Source: an uncultured virus (IMG/VR IMGVR_UViG_3300015373_000001)
Lineage: Duplodnaviria; Heunggongvirae; Uroviricota; Caudoviricetes
Strand: one strand, 5' to 3'
IMG/VR virus record: IMGVR_UViG_3300015373_000001
Span: 1 to 64,000 of that record
Length of the DNA stretch: 64,000 bases
The translations under genes were made by a program, and so were the position numbers. This document shows, one piece after another, positions 19,292 to 30,457 of this stretch (position 1 is the stretch's first letter; every line of letters starts with the position of its first letter). The notes below the pieces were generated by a model. It saw only the letters and a list, made by a program, of their open reading frames with translations, was not told where the DNA came from and made no database searches.

Positions 19292-19523
19292 GGCGATTCT
19301 CCTTTGCCTGTGTCGCTCATCAGGTACAACACCAGCCTAGGCTACGCTAAATGGGTGTGCAAGAGCATGGTGGAAGGAGGAAACGGGAAACACCGGCGGA
19401 CGACAAGACGCCCGACCGCTCGCGGGCAGCCGGGCGTCAGGGAAGGGTTACAGATCGGCATAGGTGGCTATCTGATAGGCCAGGTAGCCGACCGCAGGTC
19501 GAACTCCTGCTCGCCGATCTCGT

Positions 19524-21566
19524 TCACGGCGCCACCTCCAGCGGGCCGACGGCCGCCCATACCCGGCACAGCGGGATGTCGCATTCGCTCCAGTCCTTGC
19601 GGGACAAAATCGGCTGGGTGTCGGGGTCGGCGTGGAAGCCGCCTGCGTATTGCCACAGGTCGCCGTGGCAATCACGGAGATCGCGGCGGAGGTCCCAGAC
19701 GATGCGACCGGTGGCGTCCTTCCACGTATCCGGGTCGCTCTCGCCATAGCCCTTCTGCATGTCGCAGTCGGGGTGTGGGGCGACATGCTCGGCGGCGCCC
19801 AGGGCGATGAGCAGGGCGCCGGTCATCGACGTATTGAGGTCGCCGTCCTGGTGGAGCTGACGAACAAGCGCGGCCGTATCGCGCAGCCGCATCTCAGTCA
19901 CGACGCTCACCTGCTTCTTCTTCCTGGGCCCGCTGCGCCGTGGCGGCGGCTTCGCCGATAGACTGGACTTCGGCGAGCAGGTCGTGAGCGGCGTTTTTGA
20001 CCGCGTCTACACCGCTTTTCCAGCCGAGGTCGTACGCGGTCCTGGCGCGGCGCTCGGCCCATCCCCACAGGAGTGCGACGATGCCCGCCATGGCGAACGC
20101 GAACCCGGCCTCACGGTCGCCGGAGGTGACATGGCCGATGGTCAGGCCGACCATGACAGCGGCGACGGATGTAGCCAGACTTTCCAGGATGGCGGAGGCG
20201 AGGGGGCGATGCGCGAGGACGCGCCGCCCGGTGTGGGCGACGCGCTCCGCGATCTGGTGAAACCTGTTCACAGGTTCTCGTATCCTTCCTCTGCGGCGAT
20301 CTGCTCCTCATGTCTGGCCTGAAGTGCTTCCTGGATCTGGTCGTACAGCACGTCCTCGCTTTCGCCGGTCAGCATGCAGAACGCCTTCTCCAGCCCCCGG
20401 ACGTAGCCGCCCCGATCCTCAGACTGGCAAGAGTGGGAGGCGTCCAGGATTTCGGTGAACAGGCGCTGGCCCATCTCTGCGGAGACGCGGTGCTTCAGCG
20501 GGATGCGCACGTCGCCCTCGTAGGCGAATACCTTCGAGTGATCGACGCCCCGGGCGGGGCTGAAGACGACCTGGAGGTTGACCACATGGCCACGCTGTCC
20601 GTCGCCAGTCTTCTCGACGACCGTGTGGTCTGCACCGTGCAGGGTGACTACGTCGCCCGACTTGACGTTGCGCATGGCAACGGTGGGGTAGGCGGCGGTC
20701 AGCTCGTGCATGTGCAGGGCGAACAGGTGCCGCAGCGCGGCGTCCTTGGTCTCCTGGTCGGCCTGCGCCACGGCGTCGTCTGCGGCGGTCCAGAGGTTTT
20801 CCGGGGCACCGTGGTTCCAGGGGGGGCCGACGGGGGTGGCGTTGAGAAGGCGGCGCACGGCGGAGGCGCCGTGCATGCGGCCCTGGGGGTCGGCGCCTCC
20901 GGGTTCGTCGCGGTGCAGCGGGGAGGTCGTCGGCGGGACCTGTATGCGGTAGTAGTCGTTGCCGGGGTATGCCTGGTTGTTCTGGGCGTCGCCGGGGCCG
21001 TAGTCGGCGCACTGCCAGCGGCCGTTGTGGTCGTGCACCCAGCGGCCGTAGCTGGGGCCGGTGATGTAGTGGATCGGCAGGCCACAGGTGGGTCTGGCGC
21101 AGGTGGCGTTGCGGGGGCTCTGGATGGGGGCCGGGTCGGGCATGTTTCCTCCTGTGGTGGTGTCGTGCCGCTCTATCGACACCACCACCATACATCACGC
21201 GCTAAATGCCTGTACAGCTTTACTGGTGGACGCCTCAATCAATTCCGACCAGACACTCACAGACAGCAGCTCCCCAGCCGCCTCCACGCGCACGCGCACG
21301 ACCCGAATGGAACAGTCCTGACACAGCCCGTACTCCACCAGGTAGGCGGCCGGGCCGATCGACTCCGCCTGGCCACGCCGCACTACGACGGCGGTGGGGT
21401 GGTCGCATTCCAATGGCTCCAGCGCGGCCGTCACCTCCCGGTAGGGGGCTCCGCCGCCGATCGGCGTGGTGATACCGCTGGCCTGGGTGACGTACATGAC
21501 ACGGTCGAGGTGCGCGATGGCGGCCTGGATGTCGTCCGGCCGCCCGGTGACCCGGATGTGAACCAT
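19524..21566 (-). other. Four hypothetical genes (19524-19910, 19894-20271 membrane, 20268-21143, 21195-21566)
   Basis: Tiled ORFs with overlapping starts/stops and RBSs. Confidence 0.6.
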
Positions 21567-22069
21567 GGGGAAGTGTCCTCCGGCGGGTGTCGCAGGAGAC
21601 TCGCGGCGTCTCCTGTACACATAGTGACGCATGAGATCTCAAATGGTGATGCATGAGATCCAAAAACCTGGCCGGGAAAAGACGGCATCTTGGCCGTCTC
21701 CTCGGGCTCAAGGAAGCACTCCTCAGCGGGAATCCGCGCCCGGCTCCTAAAACACGCCAGCGGGGCCTGGTGAGGTTGCACCCTCTCCAGATCCCCGCCC
21801 GTACGTGCAACTGCCAGCGCGGCTGATGTGAAGTAGAGGCCCCGGGATCAGAAGTGCACCTGGACCGGGGTTCTACTGTCATCCACTCTAATTGATCCCC
21901 GTCGGGAGCGCTGCGCGAACAGAATGTTCCTCCAGGCACCCACCCTACCGGCCGGTAACTTGCGAGAACTTAGCATTCCCGCAAGTTCGCGACCGAGAGC
22001 ACTGCTCCAGAAAACGAGCGGCCGACACCCTGGCGCGAGCGTTGGTCGAATGGGATACTCCGGTTTCGA

Positions 22070-22741
22070 TCACCAGCCTGCGCGCCTCTGGTCTAGCCAG
22101 AGATCAACGGATCGTACGATCTTCTTCTGCTGGTCTCCCGGCCCCTCGATCAGATCAAGCAGCCACTCCTCGTCACCGTCTCGCAGTCGCCCACCCGCCT
22201 CTCCAAGACGCTTCATGGCGTAGGCCAGTCGATGCGCCGCCACCATCAGCGGATGGTCAGCCACAGCCCCCTTGCGCGAGAATGCGCCACCACCACGGCG
22301 GGCCACACGGTCCAGGTTCGCCGAAAGCGTCAGCCGCTCCCGGTGTTCCAGCACCTCTTCGACCCCGACAGAGAAGAGTCGGCCCAATGCCGTCCTTCGA
22401 GCCGCATGAGCTGGACCAACGAGGATGTCCCGTACGGTGGTGGTGTCCACGAGCACCTTCAAGGTCGCACCATCCGGGAAGTCGCGCAGACCCATCCGCA
22501 GGGCGTGCAGCTCGCAGACGTCCGTCCGCATACGACCCTCATGCGTAGCCAGCGCCGGGGGGCAGGTGAACCAACCGCCCGAGACACCGCCACTACCGTC
22601 CACCGTGCCGTAAGCGCCGATCAGCATCCGACTGGATACCGAACCGTCCACGGCCAACAGCCACTCGTCAAGATCCAGGGCGGCGGAATCAAGGTGTACC
22701 GTGCCCACGTCAGAGACATCGGGCGCTGAGGTGCCCATCAT
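22070..22741 (-). CDS. RNase H-like fold protein
   Basis: AVDGS...ELHALRMGL...VLVDT...HPLMVAAHRLA resembles RNase HI motif spacing. Confidence 0.6.
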   Translation of the reverse strand: MMGTSAPDVSDVGTVHLDSAALDLDEWLLAVDGSVSSRMLIGAYGTVDGSGGVSGGWFTCPPALATHEGRMRTDVCELHALRMGLRDFPDGATLKVLVDTTTVRDILVGPAHAARRTALGRLFSVGVEEVLEHRERLTLSANLDRVARRGGGAFSRKGAVADHPLMVAAHRLAYAMKRLGEAGGRLRDGDEEWLLDLIEGPGDQQKKIVRSVDLWLDQRRAGW

Positions 22742-22800
22742 CCTCCTTGAAAGCCTGGCCCGCGATAAGCGGTGTTATCACGGGTCAGGCGACTGATGAC

Positions 22801-23223
22801 CTAGAGATTCTTGAGCGCCACAGCCAGGGGCTCGCGAGAGTTGGGGATGAGGTCGAGGTCGAGAACCTCGTCCTTGGGGACCCACCTGTAGCCGTCGATG
22901 AAGTCGCCCGGCCCGTGGCGGCTCATGTCCACCTCGTCGCCGCCCGCCTCGCAGAGTCGGGCAACGGCCACCACCGTCGGGCTGTCGGGCTGATTTCCGA
23001 GACGCCATGACCAGACGGCCAGCGGGCGTCCAGGGGACACCTCCAGGCCCACCTCCTCGTACACCTCCCGGATAAGTGCTTCGTCTGGCGTTTCGCCGTT
23101 CTGCATGCGTCCGCCCGGCAGCTCCCATCGACCCGGTTGATGCGGGTCGTCCATGCTCTTTCTGACCAGCAGCAGCTTGCCTTGCCACTGGATTACGGCC
23201 TTCTGCGCGAATTGCACGTACAT
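22801..23223 (-). CDS. NUDIX hydrolase
   Basis: Nudix box GGRMQNGETPDEALIREVYEEVGL. Confidence 0.92.
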   Translation of the reverse strand: MYVQFAQKAVIQWQGKLLLVRKSMDDPHQPGRWELPGGRMQNGETPDEALIREVYEEVGLEVSPGRPLAVWSWRLGNQPDSPTVVAVARLCEAGGDEVDMSRHGPGDFIDGYRWVPKDEVLDLDLIPNSREPLAVALKNL

Positions 23224-23264
23224 GGATCCCCTTCTTCGGCGGGGGGTTATTGTCCGCCCTCAGG

Positions 23265-23768
23265 TCATCCTTTCCGGCTGTAGTAGCGGGCTGCGATGAT
23301 GAAGGCGATGGTGTGGGTTACCAGGGCGGCGTTGGAGATGCCGAGTCCCAGGGCCAGCCAGTCGCCGTCGTCGGTGATGGTGGCTCCCGCCAGGGACGCG
23401 AACTCCGCACCGAAGATCGCGAAAAGCACGGGGATGACCATGGCGACCACTCCGGCGAGGAATCCCGCCTTGTCCTGGAGGCGACTCTGGCGTTCGTCCT
23501 GCCACGGCCCGCCTTCGGCAATCATGGCGGCATCGCTCCTCGGCGGCTTCTTGCGGAGCAGCCGGATTATGAAGTAGGCGTTACGGGCGAGGAGGGGGAT
23601 AGCGAGCGCGCCGAGCATCGAGATGCGGACGTCCCAGGAGGCGTCACTGGCGATGCTGTAGCCGACGATGACCATCCCCGCGACCCAGAGCAGGATCAGG
23701 GCCAGGTTGCCGAGGCGGTAGGCGGCGGCACCGTCAGCTTCCGGTGCCGTTGACGCTGTGGTCTTCAT
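23265..23768 (-). CDS. Membrane protein
   Basis: About 4 hydrophobic segments, WQDER motif; follows XRE gene. Confidence 0.7.
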   Translation of the reverse strand: MKTTASTAPEADGAAAYRLGNLALILLWVAGMVIVGYSIASDASWDVRISMLGALAIPLLARNAYFIIRLLRKKPPRSDAAMIAEGGPWQDERQSRLQDKAGFLAGVVAMVIPVLFAIFGAEFASLAGATITDDGDWLALGLGISNAALVTHTIAFIIAARYYSRKG

Positions 23769-23952
23769 AGAAGATCTCCCGAAGGTCGATGACGCCGAAA
23801 AGGTCTGCGATCTTGAGCGCCAGTGGCAGGGACGGGTTATATCGGCCCTGCTCGATGGAGATGATCGTCTGACGGCTCACGCCGAGTTTCTCGGCCAGGT
23901 TCTCCTGGCTCATGTCGCTTCCTTTGCGGAGCTGTTCGAGGTTGTTCCGCAT
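23734..23952 (-). CDS. XRE-family HTH regulator
   Basis: MSQENLAEKLGVSRQTIISIEQGRYNPSLPLALKIA. Confidence 0.9.
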   Translation of the reverse strand: MRNNLEQLRKGSDMSQENLAEKLGVSRQTIISIEQGRYNPSLPLALKIADLFGVIDLREIFYEDHSVNGTGS

Positions 23953-24144
23953 GTCGAGTAGCGTATGTAAAGGTCCCTTGACTGTCAAGGTCGCTTTACA
24001 TACGCTCGCTGTGTGTCGATGATTGTTCGAAGGTGTTTCGATCCGTCCAACCCCCCGGCGCCACCCCCGGCGCGCACGGCATCATAGACACACACCCGAT
24101 TTCCGATCCCGGCAGAGCGAACCGGGAACCACCAGGAGACCCCC

Positions 24145-24738
24145 ATGACCATGGCCAGCGACAGCGGCAAGCAGCCCGGCATTCTGATGGCCATCGGCCA
24201 CTACCTGGACCCGGTATGGCCCCCCGCCATGGTGGCGTCCGGCGTAGCGTCCACCCTCATCCCCTCCGGCTCCGCACTGTCGTGGACATTCAGCGCCGCC
24301 TACTTCGCCGTCTTCTTCGGCGCCCTGGCCTGCGACCTCTTCGTCCACATGGGGAACCTATGCGAGCGGTGCATCCGAGCCATCCCCCTGGATCCACAGG
24401 CCGCCATCGAACGCGACCGCATGTGGTTGAAGCTCTTCCACCGAACCTCCAGCCAGATCTGGGTGCACATCCGGTCCGTCCGTGTTCCGGTACCGAACAA
24501 ACTCCTCGCCCTCATGCTGCTCGGAACGGCCGTCCTTACCGCGATCCGGCTCACCTTCGACCCCGGCGAGCAGGCGCTGAAGTTCGTCGCCCTGCTCACA
24601 TGGACCACCCCTCTTGCCAGCATTTTCTGGGCAACCTACCGGCACAACCGGCTTCAGCCATGGTGCCCGTTCTGCCCACGTGACGACGGCGACGACAGGG
24701 TGGAGGCTCCGGAACCTGACCCGTCGATCAGCAGTTAG
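24145..24738 (+). CDS. Membrane protein with Cys/His motifs
   Basis: TM segments, [24 protein letters not shown]. Confidence 0.7.
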   Translation: MTMASDSGKQPGILMAIGHYLDPVWPPAMVASGVASTLIPSGSALSWTFSAAYFAVFFGALACDLFVHMGNLCERCIRAIPLDPQAAIERDRMWLKLFHRTSSQIWVHIRSVRVPVPNKLLALMLLGTAVLTAIRLTFDPGEQALKFVALLTWTTPLASIFWATYRHNRLQPWCPFCPRDDGDDRVEAPEPDPSISS

Positions 24739-25375
24739 CCCGCGACGGACCCCCGGAACCCCTTCCAGTTGCTTTACCGGGTATCCTCAGCGTCGGTCGG
24801 CTGGGCCCTCGCCAGTCGGAATCCAGGAACGAGCGTGACTCCACCGGCCCATGCTGCCCCTGATATCGCGATCCCAGACCTGGGCTTCCGTACGGCCGGG
24901 CGGCAGGCGACGACATCCGCATGAAGCAGAGCTGACCCACCTTCATCCCCGGGTGCAGCAGGATCGGCAGGGCGGCCACGTTCGACAGCTCCAGGGTGAT
25001 GCGGCCGGTGAAGCCGGGGTCGATGAATCCGGCCGTGGAATGGGTCAGCAGCCCCAACCGGCCGAGCGACGATTTCCCCTCCAGGCGGGCGGCCAGGTCG
25101 TCGGGCAGCGTCACCTCCTCCATGGTGGAGGCCAGCACGAATTCGCCCGGGTGCAGCACGAACGGCTGACCGTTGCCGACGCGCACCAGCCTGGTCAGAT
25201 CAGGTTGGTCGGTCGCCGGGTCGATGGCCGGGTGCCGGTGGGTCTCGAACACCCGGAACAACCGGCTCAGCCGAACATCCACACTCGCCGGTTGGATCAT
25301 GGCCGGGTCGTACGGGTCGATCCCGAGTGCGCCCGTATCCAGGCACATCTTGATGTCGGCATCCGACAGCAGCAC
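24728..25375 (-). CDS. dcd: dCTP deaminase
   Basis: [48 protein letters not shown]. Confidence 0.95.
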   Translation of the reverse strand: MLLSDADIKMCLDTGALGIDPYDPAMIQPASVDVRLSRLFRVFETHRHPAIDPATDQPDLTRLVRVGNGQPFVLHPGEFVLASTMEEVTLPDDLAARLEGKSSLGRLGLLTHSTAGFIDPGFTGRITLELSNVAALPILLHPGMKVGQLCFMRMSSPAARPYGSPGLGSRYQGQHGPVESRSFLDSDWRGPSRPTLRIPGKATGRGSGGPSRANC

Positions 25376-25392
25376 AGCTTCCCCTCGATCTA

Positions 25393-25869
25393 TCAGCGTG
25401 CCGGTAGCGGCGGCACGGCCTGCTGCGGCACGAACCATGACGGCCGCCGCCCGCCCGGGTTGCGCATCCACTCCGGCCGTCGCGCCGCCCGGCCCTGCAT
25501 CGCGCCGACCACCCGGAAGGTCGGAGGGTCGGCGATGACCAGCACGTACCAGCGGTCTTCCGGGTCGTTGTCTCGGACGATCAGGCAGCCGTCGGCGCGG
25601 GGGGTGGCCCGGATCTCCCAGGCGCGGCCCGCGTCCGGCTTGCCGTGGAAGGTGTTGACGGAGCCGTCCCAGTACAGCGACCGCACCTTGCAGAATGCCC
25701 GCTCCGCGCACGCCCCGTAAATCTCGTCGGCCAGACGCTCCATCCAGGAGCGCGGGCTGCCGGTGGATTGGTGCGGGTCCAGGTTCTGCAACCCGGAGGT
25801 GGCGAACCGGAGGAGGCCGACATGGGCGGCGCCCAGGAACTCGTACCAGTTCAGCCGGACCTCGCTCAC
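25393..25869 (-). CDS. Hypothetical protein
   Basis: 158-aa tiled ORF. Confidence 0.6.
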   Translation of the reverse strand: MSEVRLNWYEFLGAAHVGLLRFATSGLQNLDPHQSTGSPRSWMERLADEIYGACAERAFCKVRSLYWDGSVNTFHGKPDAGRAWEIRATPRADGCLIVRDNDPEDRWYVLVIADPPTFRVVGAMQGRAARRPEWMRNPGGRRPSWFVPQQAVPPLPAR

Positions 25870-26393
25870 CCGGGGAAGGACCTGCCGGGCAGCAGGGGAG
25901 GAGGCGGCGGCATCGCGGCGACGTCGTCCTGGATCGCCAGTTTGAACTCCGCCAACGTGATGTTCAGGGGGGACGACCCGGAATGCTTGATCATCAACCC
26001 GATCGGTGTGTTCGGAAACACGAAAATCTCATGCGCATAGTGCCGGTACTGGCCGCCCGGCGTCGGGCTGTCGTCCACCGTAGCCGTGGAGTCGGCGCCG
26101 GTGGTCAGGTTGAGGGGGTCACGGACGAACTGGGCCCGGTACTCCGTGGAGCTACCGGCGGCCCAGAACACCATCGCCGTCAGGCTGCCCCACCCAGCCG
26201 TGATCGGCCAGATCAGCCCTGAGCGGGCGTCGGGATAGGTGGAGGCTCCACCCACGGGCTGGGCGGCGGGGTGCATGTTGTGCGGGTCGAACGACTCGGC
26301 CGCGCCGTACGGGAAACGCACCAGGTAGTAGTCGCCGCTGACCGGCACCACCTGCGGATCCACGACCTTCAGGGAGCAGACGTTAAGTGTCAC
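25866..26393 (-). CDS. Hypothetical protein
   Basis: 175-aa tiled ORF. Confidence 0.6.
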   Translation of the reverse strand: MTLNVCSLKVVDPQVVPVSGDYYLVRFPYGAAESFDPHNMHPAAQPVGGASTYPDARSGLIWPITAGWGSLTAMVFWAAGSSTEYRAQFVRDPLNLTTGADSTATVDDSPTPGGQYRHYAHEIFVFPNTPIGLMIKHSGSSPLNITLAEFKLAIQDDVAAMPPPPPLLPGRSFPG

Positions 26394-26700
26394 CCGCCCA
26401 GGGTGGTAGGCAGCGGCCGGTAGCGTCGCGGTCTAACCGCATCATCCTTTCGCTGACTCAACCGTGGAAGAAGACGATCACGCCGGTTGCTGCGGTGGCA
26501 CCTGCTACATTGATGCGCGGAGCGTCGTTGCCCGAAATGCCGAACCCCGGGGAACTTCCCAGGCTTTGCCGGGGCGTACTGAAACATCTGATGGCAGCCT
26601 TATCAAGGGCAAAAGTAGTAAGACCCGCGATTGACTGCTAATTGGACTAATAGGGAAAACTCGTCGTCTGGGCGGGCAACGGCGCTCCGCCTTCTTTTCG

Positions 26701-26774
26701 AAGCCTGAGGGGGGATCGAACCCCTGAACCGACGGCTTTGCAGGCCGCCTCCCGCGCCAGCGAGAACCCAGGCT
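26701..26774 (-). tRNA. tRNA-Cys(GCA)
   Basis: GCGGC-CTGCAAA-GCCGT; U73. Confidence 0.85.
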
Positions 26775-26997
26775 ATGTATTCAGACGTATGGCTGCCGCC
26801 CATACGATCAGGAGGACCAGGGCCGCCAATTTGATGAACGTCCACACGCCGCGCTTGGCGTCCTGCTCCATTTTCGGAAGTGCGGCCAGAGTACCCTGCC
26901 ATCTGCGCCACAGGTCCAACATCACCTGGAATCGTCTGCCGACGATGAATAGCATCATTCCGACGATGATGAGCAGCAGGACCCATTTGTGTGCCAA
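26773..26997 (-). CDS. Small two-TM membrane protein
   Basis: 74 aa, two hydrophobic helices. Confidence 0.55.
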   Translation of the reverse strand: MAHKWVLLLIIVGMMLFIVGRRFQVMLDLWRRWQGTLAALPKMEQDAKRGVWTFIKLAALVLLIVWAAAIRLNT

Positions 26998-27227
26998 GTC
27001 TCACTCCCGCAGGTCAGAGGACTGCAAAGCGCCTCCGCCAACGTACGCGCGGACGTCTCCGAATGTGGGGCGTTCAGTGTCATCGGGTCGCGTCGAATCG
27101 TACGGCGCCGCCCGGCTGCGACTGCTCCAGGTCCACCACGGCAGCCAGAAATCCGGCGGCGTCCAACTCTCCTCGCTGCAACCGCGCGACCAGATCGGAC
27201 GCGTCCAGAATCACCACTTCGTTCATG

Positions 27228-27311
27228 TGCGCCAGGAGAGATTCGAACTCCCAATGCCCGGAAGGGCCACAGCTTTACAGGCTGCTGAGCGACCAACTGC
27301 TCAACTGACGC
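27228..27311 (-). tRNA. tRNA-Tyr(GTA)
   Basis: CTGTAAA loop, long variable arm. Confidence 0.88.
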
Positions 27312-27312
27312 T

Positions 27313-27400
27313 TGGGGTGACCGACGGGACTCGAACCCGCATGAACCTTTCGGCTCCGGGGGTTCACAGCCCCCTTCCTCAACCAATTCGGATCGGTCAC
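27313..27400 (-). tRNA. tRNA-His(GTG), atypical (8/4 possible, long variable arm, no encoded G-1)
   Basis: GTGACCGA/TCGGTCAC, GGGGG-CTGTGAA-CCCCC, GAGCC-GAAA-GGTTC arm, C73-CCA. Confidence 0.85.
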
Positions 27401-27402
27401 AG

Positions 27403-27474
27403 TCGGCCTGGAGGGAATCGAACCCACACCTGATCTTTAGGAGAGATCTGCTCGGTCCTTCGAGCTACAGGCCG
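27403..27474 (-). tRNA. tRNA-Arg(CCT)
   Basis: GATCT-CTCCTAA-AGATC. Confidence 0.88.
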
Positions 27475-27483
27475 TGCCGCCGG

Positions 27484-27977
27484 TTACTTCGCCAGGCGGC
27501 TCGCGGTACGCCGCGCCGCTTCCGCCGAGTCGGGCGACGCCCTGAACACGTTGACCTCGTAGACGTCAACCTGCTCACCCAGCACCGGGAGCGTCTCCAA
27601 CGTCCGCACCGTGGCGACGCCCGCATCACGCGCTTCGACGACGAAGGTCGCTTGCACCGCCGTATTGGCGGGGTCTCCCACCCAGGTCAGGTGCATAACG
27701 TTCGGCACCACGTCCCTGCCGGGGGGCAGAGACGACAGCCTGGTGCGCGCCTCCTCCGCATCCGCCTTCGTCGCGAAGCCCCCCAGGATCAGTTTGACGT
27801 GCCAATTCTGCATGTCAGTCACCACCCATTCCCTCGCAAGATCTTGGCGCGTTCCTCGCTCCGCCGCAGCGCCTTGAAGCCGTACTTGTCGTCTTCCGCC
27901 ACGGCCCTCTGGCGGCGCCAGATCTTCGGAGCCTTCTTCGGCTTGTCGTCCTCGCTCGCGCTCTTGCCGAATCCCAT
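27484..27977 (-). other. Two hypothetical genes (27484-27825, 27819-27977)
   Basis: Overlapping ORFs, AGGAGG RBS. Confidence 0.55.
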
Positions 27978-28008
27978 GCGTTCCTCCTGTGGTTGTGTCG
28001 CTCTGACG

Positions 28009-28079
28009 TACCCGGTGAGGGAGTCGAACCCCCTCCTTCGCCTTGTAAGGGCGTTGCTCTCCCGTTGAGCTAACCGGGC
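28009..28079 (-). tRNA. tRNA-Val(TAC)
   Basis: CTTACAA loop; cloverleaf. Confidence 0.88.
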
Positions 28080-28122
28080 TTGACCATACACCAAACAGCG
28101 TACAGTCATTTAGCGTTCAAGT

Positions 28123-28557
28123 CTAGGTTGTTTTGTGATCGTGACCGCAACCGCTGACCAGCGGCGGCACCTGAACGCGGACGACTTGTTCTCGATCGCC
28201 ATAGCGGATCTGGATGAGTTCGTTCAGCGATGCCTTACCGGCCCGCTTCGACGCCTTGTCCTCGCCGAGCAGGACGGCGGCCAGTTCGTCAAAGGTCTGA
28301 TTGACGCGGGCGACCGCGTGACGCATCGCCGCTTCGGTCGCATCCGCCAGCTTGGCGACTTCGGCCTTCAGCCGGTCGTTGACCGCCTGGTCGGTGAGCT
28401 GGGGGATGCGGTCGATGAGCGCTTGCAGCGCCTTGCGTTCGGCGATCATATCCTTCAGGACGCCCCTGGCCTCACTAGTCGCCTCCCGCAGGCTCTCCTC
28501 TGTCGTGATTGCCGATGAGATGTCGTCTGGCCGCTGCTGACGGCGTTTGGTTCCCAT
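28123..28557 (-). CDS. Hypothetical coiled-coil protein
   Basis: 144-aa helical ORF between tRNAs. Confidence 0.55.
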   Translation of the reverse strand: MGTKRRQQRPDDISSAITTEESLREATSEARGVLKDMIAERKALQALIDRIPQLTDQAVNDRLKAEVAKLADATEAAMRHAVARVNQTFDELAAVLLGEDKASKRAGKASLNELIQIRYGDREQVVRVQVPPLVSGCGHDHKTT

Positions 28558-28558
28558 G

Positions 28559-28631
28559 TAGTCGCGGCAGGATTTGAACCTGCGACCTTCGCTGTGTCGA
28601 AGCGGTGCTCTACCAGCTGAGCTACACGACC
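28559..28631 (-). tRNA. tRNA-Val(GAC), C33
   Basis: CGCT-TCGACAC-AGCG. Confidence 0.82.
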
Positions 28632-28773
28632 TTTTGTGGTCGAACCCGGATCCCGGCATGCAGGGTAGTCCCTTGCGTTCCCTGTCTGCCGTCGGCGGGC
28701 CCGGCCGGTCGGCCCAGGCTTTCAGGGGGCGATACAGCCGTGGGTATCGCTAGGTTGGTCCGGGTTCGACCAG

Positions 28774-28846
28774 CACCGGTGGGAGGGTTCGAACCCCCGG
28801 CCTTCCGCTTTGGAGGCGGCTGCTCTACCAACTGAGCTACACCGAT
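28774..28846 (-). tRNA. tRNA-Trp(CCA)
   Basis: CTCCAAA loop, G73. Confidence 0.9.
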
Positions 28847-28952
28847 CGGGCGCGAGTGAGGTATCGCGCAGCTTTTTGCAGGACTTCCGGATCATCGCTC
28901 CTGACGATGAAGGCCGACGCCTGAGACGGGATCCAGGCGTCGGCCCGCTGAG

Positions 28953-29026
28953 TGGCGGGGGCAGGATTTGAACCTGCGACCTCTGGGTTATGAGCCCAGC
29001 AAGCTACCGAACTGCTCCACCCCGCT
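28953..29026 (-). tRNA. Initiator tRNA-fMet(CAT)
   Basis: CTGGG-CTCATAA-CCCAG (3 G-C pairs), 1:72 mismatch. Confidence 0.9.
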
Positions 29027-29036
29027 ACGTCCCATC

Positions 29037-29387
29037 CTACTTGGGACGCTCCACTACGTGGAGATCCTTTAGTGCGTCCTCGATCGCACGGTTCGTCGTC
29101 GCCGTCTCAATGACGGCGACACGCTGCTCATGCTCTACGAGGCTCAGGCGCCGATCGGCATAGGCGTCGGCCACCTGCTGCAACGCGTGGTCACGGTCGT
29201 CGCCGGTCGGCCTGGCGGCCAGCCAGCGTTCCATCTGCCGGGAGCGCCGCGCGTCCTGGATTACCTGCCTCTTCCGCTTCGCGTGGTCGATCTTCTCGGT
29301 CATCCACGGAATAGCCACAACGATCACAATTACGGCTATGGCCAGCCACAGGATGGCGAATGCCGGTAGAGCTGCCTTCATCATCAC
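29037..29387 (-). CDS. Membrane-anchored DUF1707-like protein
   Basis: N-terminal TM; DDRDHALQQVADAYADRRLSLVEHEQRV. Confidence 0.65.
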   Translation of the reverse strand: MMMKAALPAFAILWLAIAVIVIVVAIPWMTEKIDHAKRKRQVIQDARRSRQMERWLAARPTGDDRDHALQQVADAYADRRLSLVEHEQRVAVIETATTNRAIEDALKDLHVVERPK

Positions 29388-29421
29388 TCATCTCCTTCGG
29401 GTGGGTCGCTCTCCACCAACG

Positions 29422-29495
29422 TGCCGCCGACGGGATTCGAACCCGCAAAACCCCAGATTGAAAGTCTGGTGACTCTACCCTTCGTCCACGGCGAC
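29422..29495 (-). tRNA. tRNA-Glu(TTC)
   Basis: CCAGA-CTTTCAA-TCTGG. Confidence 0.88.
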
Positions 29496-29507
29496 CAGGG
29501 ACTTACG

Positions 29508-29579
29508 TACTCCGCGCGGGGATCGAACCCGCACCTCCTGATTGAGAATCAGGTATCCAGACCACCAGACCAGCGGAGC
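29508..29579 (-). tRNA. tRNA-Glu(CTC)
   Basis: CCTGA-TTCTCAA-TCAGG. Confidence 0.88.
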
Positions 29580-29645
29580 TTGTAGGGCCAGGCAGCGCAT
29601 ACCCAGATCACCCCTCCGATTCCTGGGGATGGCGCCTGACCCTTC

Positions 29646-30161
29646 TCACGCAACAGTTGCCGACTCTACTCGGAACCATTCGCGAGCCTGTGCGAAATGC
29701 TTGGCCGATACACCATGCTGCCACCCGGTGTGAATCAGCCGGAAGTCGCCGACGCCCGGATGCCCTTTCAGCCACACCTTGTCACGCCTGGTCAGCTCGT
29801 CATCGAACCAGACGAACGGCCGCCCCTGCACGAACTTCGCCACCCTCGGCGTCTTGCGGTGCACCCGGTAGTCATCCCCCGGCTCCACCGCCTCCCGCAT
29901 GTCGATGACCGGCAACTGAGGCAGCCCCAGAAGGGGAGCGATATGCGCGTTTGCGTCGTGGCTCCACATGGTCGCCCACACCAGGTCGGCGCCGACCGTC
30001 TCGGCCAGCTCCAGCAGCACCGGTCCATGTTCGGGGTTGAGCAGGACGTTGTACGTCTCGCCCTGGCAGGTCAGCCTGTGCGCCTGCCACTGCGGACCGG
30101 GACGCCCGAACGGTGCGAGCACACCATCCACGTCCAACAGGATCAACTTGTCCACGTGCAC
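29646..30161 (-). CDS. HAD phosphatase, Swiss-Army-Knife RNA-repair-like (HAD_SAK)
   Basis: LLDVDGVL motif I, LVWATMW motif II, RKT, FVWFDDE motif IV. Confidence 0.8.
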   Translation of the reverse strand: MHVDKLILLDVDGVLAPFGRPGPQWQAHRLTCQGETYNVLLNPEHGPVLLELAETVGADLVWATMWSHDANAHIAPLLGLPQLPVIDMREAVEPGDDYRVHRKTPRVAKFVQGRPFVWFDDELTRRDKVWLKGHPGVGDFRLIHTGWQHGVSAKHFAQAREWFRVESATVA

Positions 30162-30223
30162 ATCCTCTCCTTCGCGCGGGGTCGCTCTTCCCGCACCCGC
30201 GAAGACGTAGACCGTCTTCGCCG

Positions 30224-30296
30224 TACCCCCGCCGGGATTCGAACCCGGATTTCGACGCTTAAAAGGCGCCTACTCTGCCAATTGAGCTACAGGGGC
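30224..30296 (-). tRNA. tRNA-Lys(TTT)
   Basis: GGCGC-CTTTTAA-GCGTC. Confidence 0.9.
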
Positions 30297-30457
30297 ATGT
30301 CACGCAGGATTGGCGATCACCATCCCGCAGTCCTCACAGTGCGGCGGCCAGACCAGCCACCCCATCCACTCCTCCGAACGATCCAGTCCCTCCGGAACGA
30401 TCCTGCCGCCGCACTGCTGACAGTCGGGATAGAACCAGGTCATAGACCCTCCGTACG

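Noticed and set aside
26400..26700. Riboswitch in lower-GC spacer after the array
   Set aside because: No consensus recognised and only weak stems
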